Assembly (NCBI RefSeq): GCF_001465295.1
Contig: NZ_CP011035.1
Location: forward strand, 660,001 to 692,000
Direction of reading: 5' to 3'
From: Pseudoalteromonas translucida KMM 520
GTDB taxonomy: Bacteria; Pseudomonadota; Gammaproteobacteria; Enterobacterales; Alteromonadaceae
Length of the DNA stretch: 32,000 nt
Positions 8,433-16,195 of the stretch are shown here, one piece after another. Position 1 is the stretch's first letter. Every line of letters starts with the position of its first letter. The position numbers and the translations under genes are program-made. The notes beneath the pieces are model-generated. The model was not told the origin of the DNA and did not search any database. It saw nothing but the letters and a program-made list of their open reading frames with translations.

Positions 8433-9538
8433 GATACTTCCTGTTGTGCTGAAATTGCTGAGGCTGTTGGCACTGCTAGGCCATCGAGCCAAATTTTTAC
8501 TTGTTTAAGTTCTTGTTCGCTACCAATTGAAATGCGTAGCCAGTCGTTTTCACCATATAAGGTAAAAGCGCGCATAACCAAACCTTGCTCAAGTGCGATT
8601 TTAAAATAGTTTTTATCGGCTAACTTTAAAGTAACAAAGTTACCTTCACCAGTTAGAATTTTTAATACAGCTGGCGATTCACTTAGCCACTGTACAAGTT
8701 TAGCTTTTAAAGTGTTTAAAATAATCACTTGGCGACGCATTGAGGTAATTGCGTCAGGGGCAATTGCTTGCGCTGCAATACTCGCTACTACACCAGATAC
8801 CGGATACGGCGCTATTACTTTACGAATTGGTGCAAGAGTTGCTGCTTGTGCAAGCGTAAAACCGGTTCTAAGGCCTGCCAGTGCAAAAGCTTTTGAAAGG
8901 GTACGTAGCACCACTACATTACTAAACTGGTTTATTAATTTTGTAGCACTTTGCTCTGGGCAAAATTCTATATAGGCCTCATCAACAATAACCAATGCTT
9001 TATCTGCAAGTGCTGTGGCAATTGCTGTCACTTTATCAAGTGGGGTTAAGCTGCCAGTGGGGTTATTTGGGTTACAAATAAATACCAGTTTTGAACTACC
9101 AACCGCATCTACTATTTCATCAACACTGCCATTTAATAATAGCGCTTGTGTTAGTGCGTTAATGGCGACATTGTGGGTATCGGCAGTAACTTTATACATA
9201 CCGTAAGTTGGCAAAAATAGTGCAATGCTGTCTTTTGCGCTTTCGCAGTATGTTCGTACTAAAAGCTCTATGCCTTCGTCGGCACCACGGGTCATTAGCA
9301 CGTTTTCGCTTTCAAGCTCTGCATACGCAGCGTAGCGATCAATAACCAGTTGTGGTTGTGGATCTGGATAGCGATTTAAATCTTCAATACTCATCTGGAT
9401 GGTTTTAGCATACGGACTTTCGTTGGCATTTAACCAAGTTGTGCCGCTTAACTTTTCACTTTTAGCTGAGCTGTAGGCAGCAAGCGCTGCAATATTTGCT
9501 GGTAATAAGCTATTAGCTTGCGTGCTCTCATTGCTCAT
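8429..9538 (-). CDS. hisC: Histidinol-phosphate aminotransferase HisC
   Basis: 369 aa class-II aminotransferase with NANESPY, NRYPDPQ, CNPNNPTG and LSKAFALAGLR (PLP Lys). It has the expected position in the operon. Confidence 0.94.
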   Translation of the reverse strand: MSNESTQANSLLPANIAALAAYSSAKSEKLSGTTWLNANESPYAKTIQMSIEDLNRYPDPQPQLVIDRYAAYAELESENVLMTRGADEGIELLVRTYCESAKDSIALFLPTYGMYKVTADTHNVAINALTQALLLNGSVDEIVDAVGSSKLVFICNPNNPTGSLTPLDKVTAIATALADKALVIVDEAYIEFCPEQSATKLINQFSNVVVLRTLSKAFALAGLRTGFTLAQAATLAPIRKVIAPYPVSGVVASIAAQAIAPDAITSMRRQVIILNTLKAKLVQWLSESPAVLKILTGEGNFVTLKLADKNYFKIALEQGLVMRAFTLYGENDWLRISIGSEQELKQVKIWLDGLAVPTASAISAQQEVS

Positions 9539-10829
9539 TTTTAATTGCCTCTAAGCGAATTGAAACCGCATTTGCGTGAGCATCAAGGCCCTCGGCATTT
9601 GCAAGGGGTAAAATAGCTTTTGCAAGCTGGGTTAAACCACTTTTACTAATTGTTTGCACTGTATAGGTGCGAAAAAAATCAAGTAAGTTCAAGCTAGAAT
9701 AGCTTGCGCTGTAACCATAGGTTGGTAATACGTGATTAGTTCCTGAAGCGTAATCGCCCGCCGACTCAGGCGTATAATCGCCCACAAATACTGATCCCGC
9801 GTTTTTAACTTTATCTAGGTATGGGGTTGAGTCAGCTAGTTGTAAAATTAAGTGCTCTGGGCCATATTGCGCCGATACATCAAACGCTTGTGCAACTGAA
9901 TCAACTAAAATAAGTGACGAGTTAGCTAAGGCTTGCTCGGCGGTTTCTTTGCGGCTTAAGTTAGCCAGTTGACGAGTAAGCGCTTGCCGAGTTTGTGCAA
10001 TAATGCGTTCGCAGTTACATAATAAAATAACTTGCGAGTCAGCACCGTGCTCTGCTTGAGAGAGTAAATCGGCAGCAATAAATTCTGGATTTGCACGCTC
10101 ATCAGCAATAACCAGTACTTCTGAGGGGCCTGCAGGCATATCAATGGCCATGCCTGGTACAGTTTGCGCCACCAGTTGCTTAGCCATAGTGACAAAGCTA
10201 TTACCCGGGCCAAATATTTTATTCACTTTAGGCACCGACTCTGTACCATAAGCCATTGCTGCAATTGCACCTGCACCACCACTTTCTATCAAAGTAGTAA
10301 TGCCGCATAACTTAGCTGCATATAAAATAGCGGGGTTAATGGCTTTATCACCTTGTACAGGTGTAGCAAGCACAACGGTTTTTGCACCGCTTAATTGGGC
10401 TAATACACCTTGCATAATAACCGACGATGGCAGCGGAGCACTGCCACCGGGTACATATATACCAACAGCTTCGATGGCTTGATATTTCAGTTCACACACA
10501 ACGCCCGGTTGGGTCGATAATTTGATATCTTTAGGTAATTGCGCTTCATGAAAACATTTTACATTTGCATAAGCGGTATCAATGGCATACTTAAGATCTG
10601 CACTGAGCGCCTGTTCAGATGCATTTATTTCATCAAGCGGCACACGTAAACGTGGGTTGGCTCTATTATCAAACTCTTTAGCCATGCTTAGTAAAGCCTC
10701 GTCGCCTTGCTCTTTTACCTTAGCTAAAATAGTTTTACATATAGCTTCAACCTTAGTGCTGGCCGAAACTGCAGGGCGTGTTAGCGCCGCTGCTTGTGCT
10801 TGTGAAGATTCCTCATTCCAACGAAGCAT
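9528..10829 (-). CDS. hisD: Histidinol dehydrogenase HisD
   Basis: 433 aa with GGSAPLPSSVIM, SQAEHG, APEHL and GDY..G.NHVLPT motifs. Its stop overlaps the hisC start by 11 nt (aaaaATGagcaaTGA). Confidence 0.95.
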   Translation of the reverse strand: MLRWNEESSQAQAAALTRPAVSASTKVEAICKTILAKVKEQGDEALLSMAKEFDNRANPRLRVPLDEINASEQALSADLKYAIDTAYANVKCFHEAQLPKDIKLSTQPGVVCELKYQAIEAVGIYVPGGSAPLPSSVIMQGVLAQLSGAKTVVLATPVQGDKAINPAILYAAKLCGITTLIESGGAGAIAAMAYGTESVPKVNKIFGPGNSFVTMAKQLVAQTVPGMAIDMPAGPSEVLVIADERANPEFIAADLLSQAEHGADSQVILLCNCERIIAQTRQALTRQLANLSRKETAEQALANSSLILVDSVAQAFDVSAQYGPEHLILQLADSTPYLDKVKNAGSVFVGDYTPESAGDYASGTNHVLPTYGYSASYSSLNLLDFFRTYTVQTISKSGLTQLAKAILPLANAEGLDAHANAVSIRLEAIKNEQ

Positions 10830-10834
10830 GTTAC

Positions 10835-11734
10835 TTACTCCATCATTTTTTCAATAGGCATAACTAAAATTGAGTTAGCACCTAGGGCTTTTAACTGCTC
10901 CATGGTTTCCCAAAATAAAGTTTCGCTGCTTACCATGTGCAGTGCTACGTAATCATCACTACCGGCAAGCGCAAGTAGGGTAGGCTGACCAGAGCCAGGC
11001 AAAATTTCGCAAATTTCTTCAAGCTTATTTTTTGGCGCGTGTAGCATAATGTATTTGCTTTCTTTAGCTTGTCTAACACCACGTAGGCGCGGCATAAGCT
11101 TATTAATAAGTGCTAATTTGTCGGCATCTTGAAGGTCTTTATTTTGAATTAAACAAGCGTTTGATTCTAAAATAGTATCGCCTTGCATTAAACCATTCGC
11201 TTCAAGCGTTGCGCCAGTAGAAACCAAATCACAAATTGCATCAGCAAGGCCTGCACGTGGTGCTACTTCAACCGAGCCGGTAAGCATAACCGTGCTGGCG
11301 TTAATGCCTTCGCGTTTTAAGTACTGTTTTAAAATTTCAGGGTAGGTGGTAGCAATGCGTTTGCCTTCAAACCAGCTTTTGTCTTGCTTACCAAGCTCTT
11401 GTGGCCACGCTAGTGCTAGGCGGCAGTAGCCAAAGTCTAGTTTAGACAGTTTAGTTACTTCGCTTGGGATACCTTGGCGTAAACGCTCTGCTTGCACTTC
11501 TACTAGTACGTTTTCACCCACTATGCCTAAATCACATACGCCTTCCATTACTAAGCCTGGAATATCGTCATCGCGCACACGCAATACATCAATTGGCATA
11601 TTAGTTGAATGTGCAATTAAGCGTTGTTCACGAAGATTAAGTTTGATACCTAGCTGTTTAAGTAGCTCTTGGCAATCTTTAGAAAGGCGGCCGCCCTTTT
11701 GGATGGCGATACGTAGACGATTACTGTTGTTCAT
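10835..11734 (-). CDS. hisG: ATP phosphoribosyltransferase, long form, HisG
   Basis: 299 aa. [26 protein letters not shown] and a C-terminal regulatory domain. It is the first structural gene after the attenuator. Confidence 0.95.
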   Translation of the reverse strand: MNNSNRLRIAIQKGGRLSKDCQELLKQLGIKLNLREQRLIAHSTNMPIDVLRVRDDDIPGLVMEGVCDLGIVGENVLVEVQAERLRQGIPSEVTKLSKLDFGYCRLALAWPQELGKQDKSWFEGKRIATTYPEILKQYLKREGINASTVMLTGSVEVAPRAGLADAICDLVSTGATLEANGLMQGDTILESNACLIQNKDLQDADKLALINKLMPRLRGVRQAKESKYIMLHAPKNKLEEICEILPGSGQPTLLALAGSDDYVALHMVSSETLFWETMEQLKALGANSILVMPIEKMME

Positions 11735-11749
11735 TATTCATTTTCCTTT

Positions 11750-11862
11750 AATTTAAAAACTAAAAACCCCGAGGCGGAACCTCAGGGCGAAAATGAATCA
11801 ATTTTTTATGACTCGCCAGAGGTTCCTTTTAGGAATAACCTCTCAGCGAAAGACCTGACAGG
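11750..11862 (-). promoter_or_regulatory. his attenuator: alternative hairpins ending in a rho-independent terminator
   Basis: Read on the minus strand:
- GGAATAACCT/AGGTTATTCC is a perfect 10-bp stem (11832-11869).
- GGAACCTC..GGCG (11814-11826) can pair with CGCC..GAGGTTCC (11776-11789) as an antiterminator.
- CCCUGAGG-uuccg-CCUCGGGG (11767-11787), followed by UUUUUAGUUUUU, is the terminator.
- The GAGGTTCC segment is shared by the antiterminator and the terminator. Confidence 0.78.
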
Positions 11863-11910
11863 TTATTCCGATGAATGGTGGTGATGTACTGATGTCAGGT
11901 TTAAGCGCAT
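11863..11910 (-). CDS. hisL: his operon leader peptide (15 aa, MRLNLTSVHHHHSSE)
   Basis: Hand translation of the minus strand: ATG CGC TTA AAC CTG ACA TCA GTA CAT CAC CAC CAT TCA TCG GAA TAA. There are four consecutive His codons. An AGGA lies about 9 nt upstream, and the peptide sits immediately 5' of the attenuator hairpins. It is too short to appear in the ORF track. Confidence 0.8.
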   Translation of the reverse strand: MRLNLTSVHHHHSSE

Positions 11911-12130
11911 TTTTTGTCCTATTTAACAAACGTTTGTATAGTTAACGTGTGTTGTTATGTATCTCGATTTGTGCGTATTATAAAAACATAAAGCAGCATA
12001 ATATGGCAAGCCTTTTTTTGTATAATTAAAGAATATGTTATAACCGCCGATATAAACTAGGATTAATGTATATTAACTTAAGCTTTAAAAGCGCATACCA
12101 TAAATAGGTTTTGGTATTGAAGGAGGATGT

Positions 12131-12367
12131 ATGGATATTATGATCCCCTACTTAGGGCCAATTACGCGTTTAGCGCTAGAGCCTAAAGGGGCTTTTTATA
12201 TTGCGGGCGTAAAACAAGGACCGAGTACTAACAAAGTTGCGTTAGAAGAGCGTAAAAAACGTGAGTTAGAAAAAAAACAAAAGCTTTCACTGATCAGCGA
12301 AAATACTGATAACTCGGGTATTAAAAAAGATGAAGACGGTACGCCGCACTTAGATACGTGGGCGTAA
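12131..12367 (+). CDS. Hypothetical small protein (78 aa), charged Lys/Glu-rich C-terminal half
   Basis: A strong SD (GAAGGAGGA, 12119-12127) precedes the ATG. A 13-bp hairpin follows. I recognise no family. Confidence 0.5.
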   Translation: MDIMIPYLGPITRLALEPKGAFYIAGVKQGPSTNKVALEERKKRELEKKQKLSLISENTDNSGIKKDEDGTPHLDTWA

Positions 12368-12400
12368 GTTGTTAAGCTGGTTATTAAGCGCAGCTATAAA

Positions 12401-12432
12401 ACAGCAAAGGCCTAAAATTAGGCCTTTGCTGT
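12401..12432. terminator. Hairpin shared by convergent orf78 and the FTR1-fusion gene
   Basis: Perfect 13-bp stem (ACAGCAAAGGCCT/AGGCCTTTGCTGT) with a 6-nt loop. The flanking T-runs are weak. Confidence 0.55.
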
Positions 12433-12442
12433 ACACCTAAAA

Positions 12443-14383
12443 CTACTTTTTACTACTGCCTTTTAAAATGTAAAAAGCGAATATAGCAACTACAATGAGC
12501 TGGGCAATAACCCCCTCCCATGTAGATTTTACCCCTAGCCACACAATATCAATATTAACTGCCAAGCCTGAAATAGATATAATATCTGCTTCTTGTAGTG
12601 CAGTAATTGCTTTACCCATAAGCACAAACGACAGTGCAAAGAGTAAATATGTGGTAATTGCAAAAAACTTAGCAATTGGTAGTTTAATTGAATATTTGAT
12701 CAGTACCCAAGTGATCAGCCCAAGTATTGCCAGCGCTATAACAAAGCCCATAGCTATTGATGAATATTGCTCTGGGGTGCTTTGAGTTAAAAGCGATTGA
12801 TAAAATAAAACAGTTTCAAAAACTTCACGATACACAGCAATAAACGACAGACCAGCTAACCCCCACAGTGTTCCCGATTCTAAACGTTTATTAATATTAT
12901 CTTGAATATAAGCCTGCCATTGTTGTGCACTGGTTTTGCTGTGCATCCACACGCCAACATAAAGCAAAATAACAGCGGCAAACATAGCGCCTACGCCTTC
13001 CATTACTTCACGACTGGCCCCACTAATTTCAATTAAAGACTGTGCTGCGGCCCACGTTAAACCTCCGGCAATAAGTGCCGTTATCCAGCCTATATGCACG
13101 TATTTAAGCGCGTCTTGACGCTGAGTTTTAATAAGTACCGTCATTAATGCCAATACCACTAACAAAGCTTCTAGGCCTTCGCGTAGTAATATAACCAAAC
13201 TAGCCCAGAGCAAAGCGCTGTTGGTTAATTTAGTATTACTGAGCAGCTTACCTGCTTGTTCAAGCTGAGTAAGCGCCGCTGTAATTTGCTTGGCTACTAT
13301 TGCGGTATCTTTTTCTTGTTTAAGTGTTTTACGCAACGCCATTAATTGCACTTCAATATTTTTACGCAAGGTTTCATCGTAAGCATTTAAGTTGTTTTCG
13401 ACTAATTCAAAACCATCTAAGTACGCACTTATGGCCAAATCACTGGCTTGAGAATAGTTACCTAGAGCGTGCGCTTGTTGGGCTGCAATAAGTTGCGAGC
13501 GGGCAACAGCAAGTGGATCTTTTTTAGTAGTAAATAAATGCTCAGGATTACCACGTAGCCAGTGCACGTATTGTGTTTGTGCCTCGCTTGAGTTTGCCGT
13601 TAGCTGGGCAGGATTAAGATTAACTATTTGTGCAGCGCTAATATTTTGCTCTACATTGGTTGGCTGCTTTACATTTTTAAACGCTAAGCTACCCACATAA
13701 AACGCTAACGACCAACGTTGTTGTTCATTAAACTGTGTAAAGGCAACCATAGGGGTGTTATCTAAGCCATTAGTTACAGCATCAAATAATCCCATTAAAG
13801 AGCGATTATGCGCACGCTCTGCATCGGTGAAATTAGTTGGCTCTGGTGTTAAATTTTTAGCAAGCGGGCCATTACCTTGACCACTAATACCATGACAAGC
13901 AGCGCAATTTTGTTGATACAGAGCTTGAGTTTGTGTAATAGGCAATAGCGAGCCCGGTAGGGATAGCTGCGGCATAAATTTAAGCAGCGCGGCACGAAGA
14001 TCTGAGCTTACCGCGCGCACATCAACCACACTACCTTTGTTGTAAACGGTTACTTTTAAATTACCAGCAAGCGTTTTTATGTTATTAAATTCACTACCTT
14101 GACTGGATAATAAATTGGCTTGATCAACTATTACATTGGAAAATTCAAGCATTTCTTGATATTCATCGGCATCAAGCACTTCACCTTCACCAACGGCTGC
14201 GACATAATCAACACCTATATATTCAGCAAGTTGTACTATTTGCTTAAATTTTGTTTGTTGGTTAGGAGATGCAGAAACAGCAAAGCTCGCAAAGACTATA
14301 ACGAGCAACACGAACATTGTATTAATTTTTTGCTGAGTTATATAAAGGGCATTAAGTAATGAAAAGGGATGCTTTTTGGACAT
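12443..14383 (-). CDS. Cytochrome c domain fused to FTR1/EfeU-family high-affinity iron permease
   Basis: 646 aa.
- N-terminal signal peptide or anchor.
- An approximately 380-aa periplasmic part containing one CxxCH (NCAACHGISGQGNG) and a candidate Met ligand (DNTPMVAF).
- A 7-TM C-terminal domain with the two FTR1 REXXE motifs (LLREGLEAL and VYREVFETV). Confidence 0.85.
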   Translation of the reverse strand: MSKKHPFSLLNALYITQQKINTMFVLLVIVFASFAVSASPNQQTKFKQIVQLAEYIGVDYVAAVGEGEVLDADEYQEMLEFSNVIVDQANLLSSQGSEFNNIKTLAGNLKVTVYNKGSVVDVRAVSSDLRAALLKFMPQLSLPGSLLPITQTQALYQQNCAACHGISGQGNGPLAKNLTPEPTNFTDAERAHNRSLMGLFDAVTNGLDNTPMVAFTQFNEQQRWSLAFYVGSLAFKNVKQPTNVEQNISAAQIVNLNPAQLTANSSEAQTQYVHWLRGNPEHLFTTKKDPLAVARSQLIAAQQAHALGNYSQASDLAISAYLDGFELVENNLNAYDETLRKNIEVQLMALRKTLKQEKDTAIVAKQITAALTQLEQAGKLLSNTKLTNSALLWASLVILLREGLEALLVVLALMTVLIKTQRQDALKYVHIGWITALIAGGLTWAAAQSLIEISGASREVMEGVGAMFAAVILLYVGVWMHSKTSAQQWQAYIQDNINKRLESGTLWGLAGLSFIAVYREVFETVLFYQSLLTQSTPEQYSSIAMGFVIALAILGLITWVLIKYSIKLPIAKFFAITTYLLFALSFVLMGKAITALQEADIISISGLAVNIDIVWLGVKSTWEGVIAQLIVVAIFAFYILKGSSKK

Positions 14384-14411
14384 CGATAAGTCCTACGGAT
14401 GAAAAAACAAA

Positions 14412-14439
14412 AGTATAATCGTTTTCATTTGCGTTTCAA
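14412..14439 (-). promoter_or_regulatory. Sigma70-like promoter with an overlapping Fur-box-like sequence upstream of the FTR1-fusion gene
   Basis: On the minus strand: TTGAAA (14439-14434), a 16-nt spacer, then TATACT (14417-12). The 19-mer GCAAATGAAAACGATTATA (14432-14414) matches GATAATGATAATCATTATC at 13 of 19 positions by my hand count. It covers the spacer and the -10 element. Confidence 0.42.
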
Positions 14440-14494
14440 GGGTTTTGTGCTAGATAAACAAAAAATAACAGCATTAATTATATAATATAAAACA

Positions 14495-14529
14495 GATCAA
14501 ATACGCCCCAGAGTAGGCGCTATTTGATC
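14495..14529 (-). terminator. Probable terminator of the antiporter gene
   Basis: GATCAAATACGCC / GGCG(C)TATTTGATC forms a 13-bp stem with one bulge. On the minus strand it is followed by a U-rich tract (cUGUUUUAUAUU). Confidence 0.5.
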
Positions 14530-14565
14530 ATGTATATTACCAGTTAATTACAGTGAAATAATTGG

Positions 14566-15861
14566 TTAATTAGCCGTTTTTTTGCTTTGTTCTGCAGATG
14601 CAATACTGCTGTGAATAAGTGGTGAAATAGTTAAACCTTGAATAATAATTGAAAAAATCACCACTACATAGGTCACAATAACAATTAGGTTATGTAAATC
14701 AGAGCCGCCAATAAAAACTTCTTCACGGGGTATAGCCGCTGCCATGGCTAATGCTAAGCCACCTCTTAATCCGCCCCAGGTTAATATTTTAACGCTGTGC
14801 TTGTCGTAACTTCTAAACTGTTTAAATAATACAAAGGGGGCACCTACACTAATAAAACGGGCTATAAGCACAGCAGGTACCATGAGTAAGCCTACGCCAA
14901 TTTCACTTAGTGTAATAGGCATGGTAACTATGAGCATGCCAATAATTAAAAACAGTAGCGCATTTAAAAAGCTGTCAGTGGCATGCCAAAAGTCTTTTAC
15001 ATAACGGGTATCTTCCGGTCCTGTGCGTTCAGTGGCTTTAGAGCGAGTAATATTGCCTAATAAAATACCGCTGGTTACCATAGCAAGCGCGCCCGATATT
15101 TCCCATAAATTGGCCGCTGCAAATCCTGCGCTTGGGATAGTGAGGGTAATAAGTAAGCGAATATTTACGTCGCGACTATTAATAATTAAAAAGTGACCAA
15201 CCAGTGCAATAGCCAAGCCAAACGCTATACCACCAAGGGCATCAACAAAAAACAGCTCTGCTACGTCTTTAAAATTTGCTTCTGTACCATAAAAAGCGAC
15301 TGAAAAAATAGTCGTAAATATAACTAAGCCAATACCATCGTTAAAAAGTGATTCGCCCTCAACTTGTACCGAAATACCCTCAGGTGCCCGCATTTGCTTA
15401 ATGATAGCCAGTACTGCAATTGGGTCGGTGGGGCTAATTAATGCACCAAATAATAAACAGTAGATAAAAGGGACTGGCCAACCAAAGGCAGCAAATAAGT
15501 AAAAACTTAAATAGCCAACTATAAAAGTAGAAACCAAGGTAGAAAACAAGACTAAAACGGTTATTTCCCAGCGTTGTTTTTTAAGTGCTTGCAGGTTGAT
15601 TTCTAGTGCGCCGGCAAATAATAAAAAGCCTAGCATGCCTTTAAGAAGTAACTCATTAAAGTTAATACTTGAGACAATTTGGGTCATAGCTAACGCGTTT
15701 TGATCGCCCAAAAGCTTAACGGCAATGATCAACAATAATGAAATGACAACCGAGCCGGTGGTAATGGCAATAGTGGTTTGCATTTTAAGAATATATTGAT
15801 TTGCAAATGCAATAAAAATAGCAAGTGCAGAAAGAAAGCAAATGAGGTACCAAGCATTCAT
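14566..15861 (-). CDS. nhaP: CPA1-family Na+(K+)/H+ antiporter, NhaP type
   Basis: 431 aa, polytopic. It carries the ISPTDPIAV motif characteristic of NhaP/NHE-type exchangers, and a GGLRGGLALA segment. Confidence 0.85.
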   Translation of the reverse strand: MNAWYLICFLSALAIFIAFANQYILKMQTTIAITTGSVVISLLLIIAVKLLGDQNALAMTQIVSSINFNELLLKGMLGFLLFAGALEINLQALKKQRWEITVLVLFSTLVSTFIVGYLSFYLFAAFGWPVPFIYCLLFGALISPTDPIAVLAIIKQMRAPEGISVQVEGESLFNDGIGLVIFTTIFSVAFYGTEANFKDVAELFFVDALGGIAFGLAIALVGHFLIINSRDVNIRLLITLTIPSAGFAAANLWEISGALAMVTSGILLGNITRSKATERTGPEDTRYVKDFWHATDSFLNALLFLIIGMLIVTMPITLSEIGVGLLMVPAVLIARFISVGAPFVLFKQFRSYDKHSVKILTWGGLRGGLALAMAAAIPREEVFIGGSDLHNLIVIVTYVVVIFSIIIQGLTISPLIHSSIASAEQSKKTAN

Positions 15862-15988
15862 AGATTAACCTTAATTAATTATAAGCGACACACAAAAAGC
15901 GAGTTTCAAGGCTGCTATGGTACTCCTGTCATATTAGAGTGTCACAATATTTATAGGCTAATTCGGTGTTTAATTTAACCTTAGTAGC

Positions 15989-16025
15989 GCAATTGGTTAA
16001 TAGTAAATGAGCAATTGTTAATAGT
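15989..16025. repeat. Two direct copies of GCAATTG(G)TTAATAGT with starts 22 bp apart, in the nhaP/yoaA divergent promoter region
   Basis: Copy 1 is 15989-16004 (GCAATTGGTTAATAGT). Copy 2 is 16011-16025 (GCAATTGTTAATAGT). Both were read directly. Confidence 0.5.
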
Positions 16026-16195
16026 GTTGTCATAACTTTAAAGCTAAGTTAGCAATAACGTGTCATGGTAATTTAGGGTAAATAATTAAAATGAAGATTT
16101 TATTTTATAAATAGCACCATTAAAGTAAAACTACTTTGTAATTACTTGCCCTTGGTGATTAGCTTACGTAAAATCGCGCTATTATTTATTGTAAA

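Noticed and set aside
8433-8492. 20-codon N-terminal extension of hisB in the ORF track (MARWPSSANSLSNFSTTGSI)
   Set aside because: The extension lies within the 3' end of hisC. The ATG at 8432 gives the canonical MSNPYLFIDRDGT N-terminus and an ATGA overlap with the hisC stop.
6884-11756. Alternative-frame and antisense ORFs inside the his genes (6884-7234, 7915-8217, 8712-8975, 9015-9206, 9956-10213, 10300-10482, 10582-10857, 11523-11756)
   Set aside because: Each is fully embedded in a his gene with unambiguous enzyme motifs. None has an RBS or a recognisable motif, so they are typical shadow ORFs.
15778-15978. 66-aa plus-strand ORF overlapping the nhaP start
   Set aside because: It is antisense to the nhaP N-terminus. 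The translation is Cys/Lys/Asn-rich and implausible, and no RBS is present.
15862-16195. Search for a LexA/SOS box (CTGT-N8-ACAG) upstream of the DinG-family helicase yoaA
   Set aside because: The only CTGT-containing candidate (CTGTCATATTAGAGTG, around 15926-15941) lacks the ACAG half-site.
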